From assembly GCA_038231455.1 (NCBI GenBank), contig JBBRLI010000002.1, forward strand, positions 160,001 through 224,000: 64,000 nucleotides of DNA, in the 5' to 3' direction. The position numbers were made by a program, and so were the translations under genes. The first letter of the stretch is position 1. Each line of letters opens with the position of its first letter. Under the pieces are notes generated by a model, which did no database searches, was not told the origin of the DNA, and worked only from the letters and a program-made list of their open reading frames with translations. Origin of the DNA: Vulcanimicrobiales bacterium (GTDB lineage: Bacteria; Vulcanimicrobiota; Vulcanimicrobiia; Vulcanimicrobiales; Vulcanimicrobiaceae). Of this stretch, positions 29,436 to 38,848 are shown in pieces.

Positions 29436-29696
29436 GTGAGCTATAACGTTGAATACCCGAAAAGCGTTGAGAAAAAACTTGCAAGCTTGCCTGTGGATGC
29501 GCGCAAGGCATTGTGTGTTGCCTTTGAAAAATTTGCTGCCGACCCGCTAACTCGCGAAGTGGATGTTCTCAAAATCAAAGGCAAATCCGATCAGTATCGC
29601 ATTCGGTGCGGAAACTACCGGCTTATTTTTCAACTTAATAAGGTGAAGAACGTTCTACAAGCGTTGACAGCGATAGATCGCAAGGATGCGTATTAA
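29436..29696 (+). CDS. relE: RelE/ParE-family type II toxin
   Basis: 86-aa basic protein: Y.VE....V.K.L..LP, KIKG, YRIRCGNYRLIF, C-terminal RKDAY. Confidence 0.9.
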   Translation: MSYNVEYPKSVEKKLASLPVDARKALCVAFEKFAADPLTREVDVLKIKGKSDQYRIRCGNYRLIFQLNKVKNVLQALTAIDRKDAY

Positions 29697-29711
29697 CAGG
29701 CCGACGATCGA

Positions 29712-30572
29712 CTAATTTAGCACATATTTTTCAAACGCGCGCTCGGCGCCCGTGCGATAGCGACCACGCATCCAGGCAAGGCCAATGCGGCGTACCGCAC
29801 GCGGCGTGCGGACGTGCAAACTCACGAGTCCGTCGCGAACGCTCGATAGCGGAACCAGCGCAATCCCAAAGCCCGCTTTGACGAATCCGCGAATGACGCT
29901 CGACTCATCACCCGCGAACACCACATCCGGCGCGAAGCCGGCGCTCGCACACAGCTCGTCGGTAATGGCGCGAATCGCGTGACCGGTTTTAAACGAGAGG
30001 AGCGGCTCGTCACGAATCGCCGTGAGCGCTATCGTCCGGCGCGATGCGAGCCGGTGGTCGCGCGGAACGACGACGACGAGTTCTTGGTCGAGAACGTGTC
30101 GCCACTGAAGGCGCTCGTCCGCGGGCGGGCCGGAGATCAGGCAACAATCGATCTCTCCCGTACGCAGCTGCGTCTCGAGTGTTGCGCCATTGTTTTGCGT
30201 GAAGTCGAAGGCAACTTCGCCGTTGCGTTCGCGAAAGCGCCGCACGACGTCGGGAACGTACTCGCTGCCGAGCGACCGCAGAAAGCCCAGGTGGATGCGA
30301 CCGCGCGCCTTGCCGGAGAGATCGGCGATCTCACGTCGACCCTCGTCGATTTCGCCGAGCGCGCGTTCGACACGCGCGAGGAAGAGTGTGCCGTACGGCG
30401 TGAGCACGACCGCGCGACCCGAAGGCGCGAAAAGTGGCACGCCAAGTTCGCGCTCGAGCCGTCCGAGCGACCGACTTAAGGTCGGCTGTGTGATCCCGAG
30501 GCGTTCCGCCGCGCGCGTGATGTGCCCCATTCGTCCGGCGGTGCGAAAATAGTCGAGCTGTTCCCAATCCAT
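29712..30572 (-). CDS. LysR-family regulator (GltC-like), divergent from ubiD
   Basis: HITRAAERLGITQPTLSRSL..LERELG..LF helix-turn-helix; V.AGFGIALVP. Confidence 0.94.
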   Translation of the reverse strand: MDWEQLDYFRTAGRMGHITRAAERLGITQPTLSRSLGRLERELGVPLFAPSGRAVVLTPYGTLFLARVERALGEIDEGRREIADLSGKARGRIHLGFLRSLGSEYVPDVVRRFRERNGEVAFDFTQNNGATLETQLRTGEIDCCLISGPPADERLQWRHVLDQELVVVVPRDHRLASRRTIALTAIRDEPLLSFKTGHAIRAITDELCASAGFAPDVVFAGDESSVIRGFVKAGFGIALVPLSSVRDGLVSLHVRTPRAVRRIGLAWMRGRYRTGAERAFEKYVLN

Positions 30573-30573
30573 G

Positions 30574-30597
30574 ATTCATGCCTTCGACGACATGAAT
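30574..30597. promoter_or_regulatory. Candidate LysR binding dyad
   Basis: ATTCATG-N10-CATGAAT perfect 7-bp inverted repeat directly upstream of the lysR start. Spacing is one base longer than canonical T-N11-A. Confidence 0.5.
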
Positions 30598-30616
30598 GAC
30601 TTTACTGGGCGGCTAT

Positions 30617-30646
30617 TTGTCCTTCCCGAGCGTGAATTGCTACCCT
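30617..30646 (+). promoter_or_regulatory. Candidate promoter giving a leaderless ubiD mRNA
   Basis: TTGTCC-N18-TACCCT with extended TG. The -10 ends 7 nt before the GTG start at 30654. Confidence 0.45.
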
Positions 30647-30653
30647 AGAAGGC

Positions 30654-32111
30654 GTGATTGCAACATCGACGGCTACCGCTCAAAACGACCTGCGCGAGTT
30701 CATCGCGGCCTGCGAGGCGCGCGGCGAACTCGCCCACGTGAGTGGTGCGCATTGGGATAAAGAAATGGGCGCAGTCACCGAAGTGCTCTATCGACAAAAA
30801 GTCGAAAAAGCGCCAATGCTGGTGTTCGATGATATTCCGGGCTATCCCAAAGGCTACCGCACGACGTACGGGATGTTCGGCTCGCCGTTTCGTCTTGCAA
30901 CGGTGCTCGGCATGGACCCCGCGCTCTCCGACGATCGCTCGGCGATGCTCAATTATTTTCGCAAAAACATCAAACGCGCGTACCAGCAGATCGAACCGAG
31001 TGTCGTGACGGAGGGCCCGGTACTCGACAACATCGTGCGCGATGGCGATGTCGACGTCTTTACGTTGCCCGTTCCGATCCATCACGAACTCGATGGCGGA
31101 CGATATATCGGCACGGCGTGTGCCGTCGTTACCAAGGACCCCGATAGCGGGCGCATCAACGTCGGCACGTACCGCGTGCAGGCACTCGGGCCAAATCTTT
31201 GCGCGTCGTATATCTCGAACGGTAAACAAGGTCAGATCCAGCGCGATAAATATCTGAAAGCCGGCAAACCCTGTCCGGTCGTCATCATCGTCGGCTGCGA
31301 TCCGATCACGTATCTCTCCGGCGGCTACACGATGTCGGATAGCGTGCCGGAATATCACTGGGCCGGCGGCATGATGGGCCGGCCGCTCGACGTGATCGAA
31401 GGCGAAGTGACGGGCTTGCCGTTCCCCGCGCGGTCGGAAATCGTGCTCGAAGGCTGGATTCTCCCGGATAAGACGGTGAAAGAAGGCCCCTTCGGCGAGT
31501 GGCATGGGTACTACGCGGGCGAAGCGCGCGACGAGCCCGTGATCCGCATCGAGCGCATGTACCATCGGACGAATCCGATCCTCACCTGCGCGGCAAGTCA
31601 GAAGCCGCCGCACTCGCATCTCTTCGAACGTTGCTTCCTGCGCTCGGCAGCGCTGCTCGATTCGCTCGAGGGCGCGGGTATTCCGGACGTCACTGGAGCG
31701 TGGCTCCATCAAGCGGGTTCTGGGCGCACGTTCTGCGTCGTCTCGATCAAGCAGCGCTATCACGGGCACTCGACGCAGGTGGGTCTGGTCGCATCGCAAG
31801 TCAATCCGGTTGGCTATGTCGGCCGCTGGATCGTCGTCGTCGATGACGACATCGATCCAACCGATATCCACGAAGTTATTTGGGCGATGGGGACGCGCTG
31901 CGATCCGAAGACGCGCACGACCATGCTCGACAACTGCTGGTCATCGCGACTCGATACGATGGTGACCGACTACAACAAGCTCACCAATTCGCGTATGGTG
32001 ATCGATGCCTGTAAACCGTACGAGCGGTTCGATAGCTTTCCACCCGTCGCGCAAACCTCGCGCGAACTGGCAACGGAGATCCGCGCCAAATACAGCGAAC
32101 TCTTTCGATGA
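30654..32111 (+). CDS. UbiD-family prFMN-dependent (de)carboxylase
   Basis: LREFI, DGGRYIGT, NVGTYRVQ, EIVLEG, EGPFGEWHGYY, VVVDDDID and IDAC.P motifs. Confidence 0.94.
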   Translation: MIATSTATAQNDLREFIAACEARGELAHVSGAHWDKEMGAVTEVLYRQKVEKAPMLVFDDIPGYPKGYRTTYGMFGSPFRLATVLGMDPALSDDRSAMLNYFRKNIKRAYQQIEPSVVTEGPVLDNIVRDGDVDVFTLPVPIHHELDGGRYIGTACAVVTKDPDSGRINVGTYRVQALGPNLCASYISNGKQGQIQRDKYLKAGKPCPVVIIVGCDPITYLSGGYTMSDSVPEYHWAGGMMGRPLDVIEGEVTGLPFPARSEIVLEGWILPDKTVKEGPFGEWHGYYAGEARDEPVIRIERMYHRTNPILTCAASQKPPHSHLFERCFLRSAALLDSLEGAGIPDVTGAWLHQAGSGRTFCVVSIKQRYHGHSTQVGLVASQVNPVGYVGRWIVVVDDDIDPTDIHEVIWAMGTRCDPKTRTTMLDNCWSSRLDTMVTDYNKLTNSRMVIDACKPYERFDSFPPVAQTSRELATEIRAKYSELFR

Positions 32112-32698
32112 GCGCCCCCCGGCGCCTCATCGTCGGCGTCTCCGGTGCGAGCGGCAGTCTCTACGCATACGGAGCGCTGCGGGCACTCGCCGCCGTTCCC
32201 GACCTCGAAGTGCATCTCGTGCTCTCCGAGCAGGCGCGGCAGACGATCGAACTCGAGACGGACTACACGGCGCGCGACTTCGAGGCGTTTGCCGATGTCG
32301 TGCACCACGACGGCGATCTTGCGGCCTCGATTTCGAGCGGTTCGTTCAAAACCGAAGGGATGCTGATCATCCCGGCCTCGATGAAGACGGTCTCGGCCGT
32401 CGCGCACTCGTTCAATGCGAACTTGCTGACGCGCGCGGCTGATGTGTGTTTAAAAGAACGCCGTCGTCTGGTGATGATGGTGCGTGAGACGCCGCTGCAC
32501 CTCGGACATTTGCGGACGCTCGTCCAGCTCGCCGAAATGGGCGCGGTGATCTTGCCGCCCGTCCCCGGTATGTACTCGCGCCCGAAGACCGTCGATGACA
32601 TCATCGGGCATACGGTCGGTAAGGCGCTCGACCAATTCGGCATCGACAATTCCCTTTTCACGCGCTGGAACGGCGCGGCGCCCGTCGCGGCGAAATGA
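32108..32698 (+). CDS. ubiX: Flavin prenyltransferase UbiX
   Basis: VGVSGASG, ASISSGSF, PASMKT, RAADVCLKERR and RETPL motifs. Confidence 0.96.
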   Translation: MSAPRRLIVGVSGASGSLYAYGALRALAAVPDLEVHLVLSEQARQTIELETDYTARDFEAFADVVHHDGDLAASISSGSFKTEGMLIIPASMKTVSAVAHSFNANLLTRAADVCLKERRRLVMMVRETPLHLGHLRTLVQLAEMGAVILPPVPGMYSRPKTVDDIIGHTVGKALDQFGIDNSLFTRWNGAAPVAAK

Positions 32699-32746
32699 TT
32701 CGCGCCGCTACCGAGTTCAACGCTTACACTCGTCAACTGAGGTACT

Positions 32747-33676
32747 ATGCTCAATCGTCGTGATCTGTTGTTCGCACTCGCCGTCGCAGGAGGCTCGCTT
32801 GGGTTCCCATCGATCGCGCGGGCAGCGGGGAAGATCCGCGTCGGCGCGGTTGCAAGCGATGTCTCGGCCGAACCGCTCTATGCGGAGATGCAAGGATTCT
32901 ACCGCAAAGTTGGGCTCGACGCGGCGATTCAAACGTTTCCAAACGGCGGCGCGATCATCGCGGGGGTTGCCTCGGGTGCGCTCGATACGGGCTTTGCCAA
33001 TCTCACGTCGATCGCTGCGGCACGCCAGCGCGGATTGCCGGTCAAGATCGTCGCTCCGGCAACACTCTATACGAGCAAGTCGCCGGTCACGGTGCTCGTG
33101 AAAGCCCGCGGATCGAAGTTGAAGACCGGCTCCGATCTGCGCGGCAAGACGATTGCCGTCTCGACGCTGCGCGGCGAACTGCAAGTCGGCGCATCGCTCT
33201 GGATCGACAAAAACGGCGGCGATTCGAGCAAGACGCAGTTCCTCGAATTGCCGTTCTCTGCGATGTCGGCGGCGCTTGCCGGCGGACGGATCGACGCCGC
33301 GATGATCACCGAGCCCGCGATGACGCTCCACAAAGACACGATCGAACTGCTGAGCGATGCCTATACGGCGATCGCCGACGAATTTCTGATCGGTGGCTTC
33401 GTTGCATCCGATGCGTGGATCCGCGATAACCGCGAGGATGCTAAGCGCTTCGGCGCCGCGATCATCGAGACGGCGAAGTGGGCAAACACGCACCGCGCCG
33501 AGACTGCCGTGTTTCTTGCGAAGAGTGCCGGACTCGACGAGGCGCTCGTGCGCTCGATGACGCGCGCAACGTACGGCGAGCGTCTTGCGGTCGAGCAGAT
33601 TCAGCCCGTACTCGATGCCGCCGCGAAATACGGCTCCCTCAAAGAGCCGATGAACGCAAAAGAACTGCTTGGCTGA
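32747..33676 (+). CDS. NitT/TauT (SsuA-like) substrate-binding protein with Tat-like signal
   Basis: NRRDLL signal, DLRGKTIAV, GGDSSK.QF.ELPF and GRIDAA...EP motifs. Confidence 0.88.
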   Translation: MLNRRDLLFALAVAGGSLGFPSIARAAGKIRVGAVASDVSAEPLYAEMQGFYRKVGLDAAIQTFPNGGAIIAGVASGALDTGFANLTSIAAARQRGLPVKIVAPATLYTSKSPVTVLVKARGSKLKTGSDLRGKTIAVSTLRGELQVGASLWIDKNGGDSSKTQFLELPFSAMSAALAGGRIDAAMITEPAMTLHKDTIELLSDAYTAIADEFLIGGFVASDAWIRDNREDAKRFGAAIIETAKWANTHRAETAVFLAKSAGLDEALVRSMTRATYGERLAVEQIQPVLDAAAKYGSLKEPMNAKELLG

Positions 33677-34403
33677 CACACCGGCCGTCGAGATCACGGC
33701 GGTCATAACCGCCGCGCTCGACGAACTTGCGATCGCACATCGAATCCTTGCCATGATGGGCCACGAAGACCTCACCTCGGGGCATCTTTCGTGGCGCGAT
33801 CCGATCGGGCGGGGCCTGTGGATCAAACGCAGCCGCATCGGGATGGACGAAGCGTTCGAGCTCGATGACTTTATCCTCATCGATTTTGACGGGAAGAAGC
33901 TTGCGGGATCGGGCTCGTGTCACGTCGAGTGGCCGATTCACGCCGAGATCATGCGCGCACGGCCCGAGGTGACGACGGTCGGACACACCCACGCCTTTTA
34001 CGCGCAGATTTTTTCAACGACGAACGAGCCGCTGCGTCCGGTCGGCAAACAGGGTGTGTGGTTCGATGACATTCCGAAATTCAAAGAGACGTGCAATCTC
34101 GTGCGTACGCCCGACCTCGGGCGCGCGCTTGCATCGAAGCTCGGGAATTCTGATGCGGTCTTCATGCTCAGTCACGGGATTGCGTTCGTCGGCAGGACGA
34201 TCCGCGAAGCAACGATGATTGCGATTTTTCTTGAGAAGGCCGTGCGCGCGCAAGTCACGATCGCATCGACGGGTTTTGCATATGAGTGGCCGACCGATCG
34301 GGATGCAAAAGAAAAACGGGCGGTTACGCGAACCGCTCGTGGCATTGATAACTATTTTGACTATCTCGCTCGGCGTTTGAAACGCGCCGAACGCTCGGGT
34401 TAG
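33669..34403 (+). CDS. Class II aldolase/adducin-family protein
   Basis: GHLSWR, EWPIHAEIMRARP, HTH and SHG motifs. Confidence 0.87.
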   Translation: MADTPAVEITAVITAALDELAIAHRILAMMGHEDLTSGHLSWRDPIGRGLWIKRSRIGMDEAFELDDFILIDFDGKKLAGSGSCHVEWPIHAEIMRARPEVTTVGHTHAFYAQIFSTTNEPLRPVGKQGVWFDDIPKFKETCNLVRTPDLGRALASKLGNSDAVFMLSHGIAFVGRTIREATMIAIFLEKAVRAQVTIASTGFAYEWPTDRDAKEKRAVTRTARGIDNYFDYLARRLKRAERSG

Positions 34404-35008
34404 TGGATCGCCGCAGCGCGCAGATAGCGCTCGATCGTTTCGTCGTCGAGAACGACGCTGGGATCGTACTCCGGTGCATCCTCAATCTGTTCGAGGTCGT
34501 TGAGCCCACAGTACTTATAGATGCGGTTGGTGGCTGAGACCAGGCGCGCCGGGCGCGAGGGGTCGCTGTTGAAGTGCTGGCTGATCGTGTTGGGCGGAAT
34601 GTAGATCATGTCGCCCGCTTCCCATTCGAAGCGCTTTACTTCGTCTTGCGGCTTCCAATGATATGTGTCCGTGATCTCAACATCGCAGTCGACGTGGAGA
34701 TCGTAACCGCGACCTTCGAGCACGTAGAGCGCTTCCTCGGCGAGCTGGCGGTGTTTGCCAGAACGGCTTCCCGGCGGAATGATTTGCATGTAGATATCGA
34801 CGGTCTCGACGCGTGCGTTCATCTTGTCGTTGACGAGATGCTTGATCAGTCCGTGGCGTGACATCTCCCAGGGCATCTCTTCGGGCGTGATAATCTTCTT
34901 GCGCGCGGCATCGCGGATCGGACGTTCGGCGGCGTCTTTGAGGGCGTCTGCATAAAACGTGGCTTTATTTTTGCCCGTCAGCCACGCATCGGATTCTTGG
35001 AACGGCAT
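34400..35008 (-). CDS. Cupin-domain protein B1 (degenerate metal site)
   Basis: PPGSRSGKHRQLAEEALYVLEGRG and WEAGDMIYIPPNTISQHFN motifs. Confidence 0.85.
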   Translation of the reverse strand: MPFQESDAWLTGKNKATFYADALKDAAERPIRDAARKKIITPEEMPWEMSRHGLIKHLVNDKMNARVETVDIYMQIIPPGSRSGKHRQLAEEALYVLEGRGYDLHVDCDVEITDTYHWKPQDEVKRFEWEAGDMIYIPPNTISQHFNSDPSRPARLVSATNRIYKYCGLNDLEQIEDAPEYDPSVVLDDETIERYLRAAAIH

Positions 35009-35014
35009 CGTCGC

Positions 35015-35614
35015 TTATTCTCCGTGCGAGTGGGAATGTGCGTGGTCGTGGTCGTGGTCGTGCAGCCACGGCTGGTTTTCTTCGGCATCTTCACGCGGCA
35101 CGAAATCGCCTTGCGTCGGCGAGGGTTCGCTCGGGCGCTGCGTTACGCGCTGCTGGAAGAGCATGTTCATGAACATGTACATGGGCTTGGTCTTGATGAC
35201 GAGCGCCCGTGCCGGTTTGTGTTCGTCCGCGTTATTGTGCTGGTGCACGCAGTTGTTGTGGACGACCGCGATGTCGCCGGCTTTCCAATCGTACTTGATG
35301 CCGTCGTGAATCTCGTAGCCGTGGCCGTCGAGGATGTAGAAAATCGCCTCGTTGACGTGGCCGTGCATCTGCGACTTGCCGCCCGGCGCGTACTCCTCAA
35401 GATGGATGTGCAGCGTCTGCGAGAGGCCGTCTTCGGGTTCCATGAAGTGCTTCGAGAAGGCTTGGGGCCCGGACTGAAATGTCACGGTGCTGCCTTTTTG
35501 CACGCGTGGGAGTTCGCGAAGGCGTTTGAGCTCGTGTTTGAGGCTATACTCGCCGCTGATTTCGCGGACGAACACGCGCTTGTGCGTCGGATCGTAGTGC
35601 GACTTATTTCCCAT
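35015..35614 (-). CDS. Cupin-domain protein A1 with His-rich tail
   Basis: PGGKSQMHGHVNEAIFYILDG and WKAGDIAVVHNNCVHQH motifs; tail HDHDHDHAHSHSH. Start at ATG 35614. Confidence 0.87.
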   Translation of the reverse strand: MGNKSHYDPTHKRVFVREISGEYSLKHELKRLRELPRVQKGSTVTFQSGPQAFSKHFMEPEDGLSQTLHIHLEEYAPGGKSQMHGHVNEAIFYILDGHGYEIHDGIKYDWKAGDIAVVHNNCVHQHNNADEHKPARALVIKTKPMYMFMNMLFQQRVTQRPSEPSPTQGDFVPREDAEENQPWLHDHDHDHAHSHSHGE

Positions 35615-35753
35615 CGCTCTGGCTCCCAGCGATTCATACAGAATCGCTATAACGGATATAGTGAATTCGAGAGGGTCTACGGCCGGTTCGCGCAATTGAC
35701 CTGCGTGGGGCGGGTGCTTTCGTGAACCTTAATTGCAAAGGTGCGGTGGGCGC

Positions 35754-36905
35754 GTGATCACGGTAAACGGGCTGGTAAAAGAATTTCGCGGGCGCGATTT
35801 CAAGAAGACGGCCGTTACGGGTCTCGACTTCGAGGTTCCAACGGGCAAGCTCTTTACGTTGCTCGGCCCAAGCGGCTGCGGAAAGACAACGACCCTGCGC
35901 ATGCTCGCCGGGTTTGAGCGGCCGACGGCCGGCCGTATTACGATCGACGGTCAACCGGTCTACGACGCCTCCTCATCGTTCTATCTGCCCGCGAACAAAC
36001 GTCCGATCGGCATGGTCTTTCAGTCGTACGCGATTTGGCCGCACATGAGTGTTATCCAAAATGTGGCCTTCCCGCTCACGGTCGGCGCCCATCGGCCCTC
36101 TCGCGAAGAGGCGCGCACGCGCGCCCTTGCGATGCTCGAACTCGTCGGTTTACGCGATGTCGCAGAGCAACCCGCAACGGCACTCTCCGGTGGCCAGCAG
36201 CAACGCGTCGCTCTGGCCCGCGCGCTCATCCGTGAACCCAAGGTGCTCTTACTCGACGAACCGCTTAGCAATCTTGACGCGCAATTGCGCGAGCGAATGC
36301 GCGGTGAGATTCGCGCGGTCCAGCAAGCGCTCGGCATCACCGCCGTGTATGTCACGCACGACCAGAACGAGGCGCTTGCCATTAGCGATCTCATCATGCT
36401 CATGGACCAAGGCGCAATCGTCGAGACCGGGATTCCCCAGCAGATCTACCGCCGGCCGCGCGCCGAATTCACCGCGAACTTCATCGGTGTCGCAAACGCG
36501 ATCGACGGCACCGTGAAGGCGCTTGAAACCGACACCCTAGTCGTTCAGACCAGGCATGGCATCATTCGTGCCGAGCCCATAGCCGGGCTGTCACCGGGAG
36601 CGAGCGTGCGCGTCTTCATCCGTCCAGAAAACATCGCGCTCTCGCGCAAGCGTCATACGAACGATGATTGGGCCGGTGTCGTTCGTTATAGTATCTACCA
36701 AGGCGAGAGCTGGGACTACACCGTGGATGTCAACGGGGTCGATCTCCGCGTTCGCGTGCATCGTGAAAAGCACGATCTGGAACACGGGACGGCGGTCCAT
36801 CTTCAAATCGACGGAAGCGAAGCGGTCATCATGCCGATGCGTGAGGGCGTCGTGCAGCCCGTGCCCACCGCTTCGCCATCTCAAGTCGAAGGAGCCCCCG
36901 TATGA
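35754..36905 (+). CDS. FbpC/PotA-type ABC ATP-binding protein with TOBE domain
   Basis: GPSGCGKTT, MVFQSYAIWPHM, LSGGQQQR, DEPLSNLDA and VTHDQ.EA motifs. Confidence 0.93.
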   Translation: MITVNGLVKEFRGRDFKKTAVTGLDFEVPTGKLFTLLGPSGCGKTTTLRMLAGFERPTAGRITIDGQPVYDASSSFYLPANKRPIGMVFQSYAIWPHMSVIQNVAFPLTVGAHRPSREEARTRALAMLELVGLRDVAEQPATALSGGQQQRVALARALIREPKVLLLDEPLSNLDAQLRERMRGEIRAVQQALGITAVYVTHDQNEALAISDLIMLMDQGAIVETGIPQQIYRRPRAEFTANFIGVANAIDGTVKALETDTLVVQTRHGIIRAEPIAGLSPGASVRVFIRPENIALSRKRHTNDDWAGVVRYSIYQGESWDYTVDVNGVDLRVRVHREKHDLEHGTAVHLQIDGSEAVIMPMREGVVQPVPTASPSQVEGAPV

Positions 36906-37915
36906 TCGATATTCGATGCGCCTTACGGATGATCGCATGCGCGGTTGTCGCGTTCGCGATCGCCGCGCCCCAGGTGGCGCTAGCGGCCGATAACGCAAAA
37001 GATGAGACCGTCGTGTGGTATGGCACGATGAATACCAAAGACATGAAGCTCACCGCCGATGGATTCATGGCAACGCATCCCGGGATCAAAGTCGAGACGC
37101 TGCGCCTTGGCAGCTCGCAACTTCCCGCGCGCGTTGCGACCGAACAGCGTGCGGGTAAATTCAATGCCGACGTCATCTCCGGAGACGGCTTTCAGATTTT
37201 GCAGCTCGTGAGCGCCGGCGCATTCGACAAATACAAGCCGGCCAACGTCGATAGCTTTATCAAAGGCACCGTCGACCCAAACGGCTATTGGACGAACCTC
37301 TACCAAAACACGACGGTCATTGCGTGGAATCCGGATCGCCTCAAAGCCGACCATCTCGCGCCGCCGACGTCGATGGCCGACTTTGCAAAACCGGAGTGGA
37401 AAGGCAAATTCGGATTCGATACCGGCGCGCTAAACTGGTATATGGGTTTACTTCAATCCGATAAGAACGGTGCGGAACTCGCGAAGAAAATCTTCGAGAA
37501 TAGTCCCGTGAAGACGTCCGGTCACACCCAGACGGTCACTTCCCTTGAAACCGGCGAATTCGATGCGACCCCGACCGCGTACGGCTATCTTGCCGATCAA
37601 GAAAAACGCGAGGGCAAATCGGTCGACTTCCTCAATCCCGCACCGCTCTTCGTTTCGATCAATCCGGTCGGGCTTGCGAAAAACGCGCCGCATCCGGGCC
37701 CAGCGAAACTTTTCATCGATTGGCTCGTCTCCAAAGATGGTCAGAGTTTCATGGCGCAAAAAGGCGGCGGCGAAGTTTCGTCGCGCGCCGATGTGAAAAA
37801 CAATCCACGCGTCTGGGATCCCAAGCATCCGTTTATCATTACGACGATGCCGGGCGCGGCGCAGTACAACGATCTCGAAAAACAATTTCGCTCGCAACTC
37901 GGACTTCCGGGGTAA
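36902..37915 (+). CDS. FbpA/AfuA-type ABC substrate-binding protein
   Basis: Signal peptide, HPGIKVE, P.WKGK and APHP..AKLFIDWL.S..GQ motifs. Confidence 0.87.
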   Translation: MIDIRCALRMIACAVVAFAIAAPQVALAADNAKDETVVWYGTMNTKDMKLTADGFMATHPGIKVETLRLGSSQLPARVATEQRAGKFNADVISGDGFQILQLVSAGAFDKYKPANVDSFIKGTVDPNGYWTNLYQNTTVIAWNPDRLKADHLAPPTSMADFAKPEWKGKFGFDTGALNWYMGLLQSDKNGAELAKKIFENSPVKTSGHTQTVTSLETGEFDATPTAYGYLADQEKREGKSVDFLNPAPLFVSINPVGLAKNAPHPGPAKLFIDWLVSKDGQSFMAQKGGGEVSSRADVKNNPRVWDPKHPFIITTMPGAAQYNDLEKQFRSQLGLPG

Positions 37916-37918
37916 TCC

Positions 37919-38848
37919 ATGAAACGTTTGATTCTTACCGCTCTCGCACTCGTCGCACTGAGTGCGATCCCGGCCCGCGCCGCCGATCCCATACGCATTG
38001 GAGCGACGGGAAACGACACCGCTGCCGAGGTGTATTACGCCGACGAACTCGGGTTTTTTAAGAAACGCGGCCTCGAGGTGCAAATTCAAAATCTGCGCAA
38101 CGGTGCGGCGCAAGCGGCGGCGATCGCCGGTGGTGCGCTCGACATCGGCGAGCAGAACATCATCTCGATGTCGCACGCGCACGAACGCGGCCTGACGTTC
38201 AAATACATCGCGCCAGCGGCCGATTACGTCTCGTCATCCTCGACGACGAGTCTTGTGATCGGTAAGTCCTCGACCATCAAATCGGGCAAAGATCTCGAAG
38301 GGAAGACGGTTGCGGTCAACGCGCTTGGCGATCTTACCCAGATCGGTGCGTCGGCCTGGATCGACAAGCACGGTGGCGATGCGACGAAGGTGAAATTTAT
38401 CGAGATGGTGCCTGCCGAAATTGGCGCGGCGCTCGCGCGTGGGACGATCGAGGCGGGAGTTATTCCCGAGCCCGCCCTCACGGCAGCGGAAGACGCCGGG
38501 CAAGTGAAACTGCTGGGTCAACCGTACGATTCTTTGGGCGAACGCTTCCTGATCAACGGCTGGTTTGCCAACGGCGATTGGATTAAGAAAAACCCGGAGA
38601 CCGTCAAGAAGTTCGCCGATGCGATCTACGAGGCCGCAAAATGGGCGAACACACATCGCGCCGAGTCTGCCAAAATCTTCGCCAAGCATTCGAAAGCCGA
38701 TAGCACGGTGATCGCGCGTATGCGACGCGCCACGTACGGTGAAAAGTTCGACGGCAAAGCCCTGCAAGCCGTGCTCGATGAAGCCGTGCGTTACAAAGGC
38801 ATCACGAAGTCATTTCCCGCCACAGAGCTGTACGATGCGACTCTCTAG
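37919..38848 (+). CDS. NitT/TauT (SsuA-like) substrate-binding protein
   Basis: Signal peptide, GFFKKRGL, DLEGKTVAVN and GGDATKVKFIEM motifs. Confidence 0.88.
   Translation: MKRLILTALALVALSAIPARAADPIRIGATGNDTAAEVYYADELGFFKKRGLEVQIQNLRNGAAQAAAIAGGALDIGEQNIISMSHAHERGLTFKYIAPAADYVSSSSTTSLVIGKSSTIKSGKDLEGKTVAVNALGDLTQIGASAWIDKHGGDATKVKFIEMVPAEIGAALARGTIEAGVIPEPALTAAEDAGQVKLLGQPYDSLGERFLINGWFANGDWIKKNPETVKKFADAIYEAAKWANTHRAESAKIFAKHSKADSTVIARMRRATYGEKFDGKALQAVLDEAVRYKGITKSFPATELYDATL

Noticed and set aside
35030-35062. Short tandem repeat (gtggtc)n as a CRISPR or contingency repeat
   Set aside because: It encodes the His-Asp repeat tail of the cupin. There are no spacers or cas genes.
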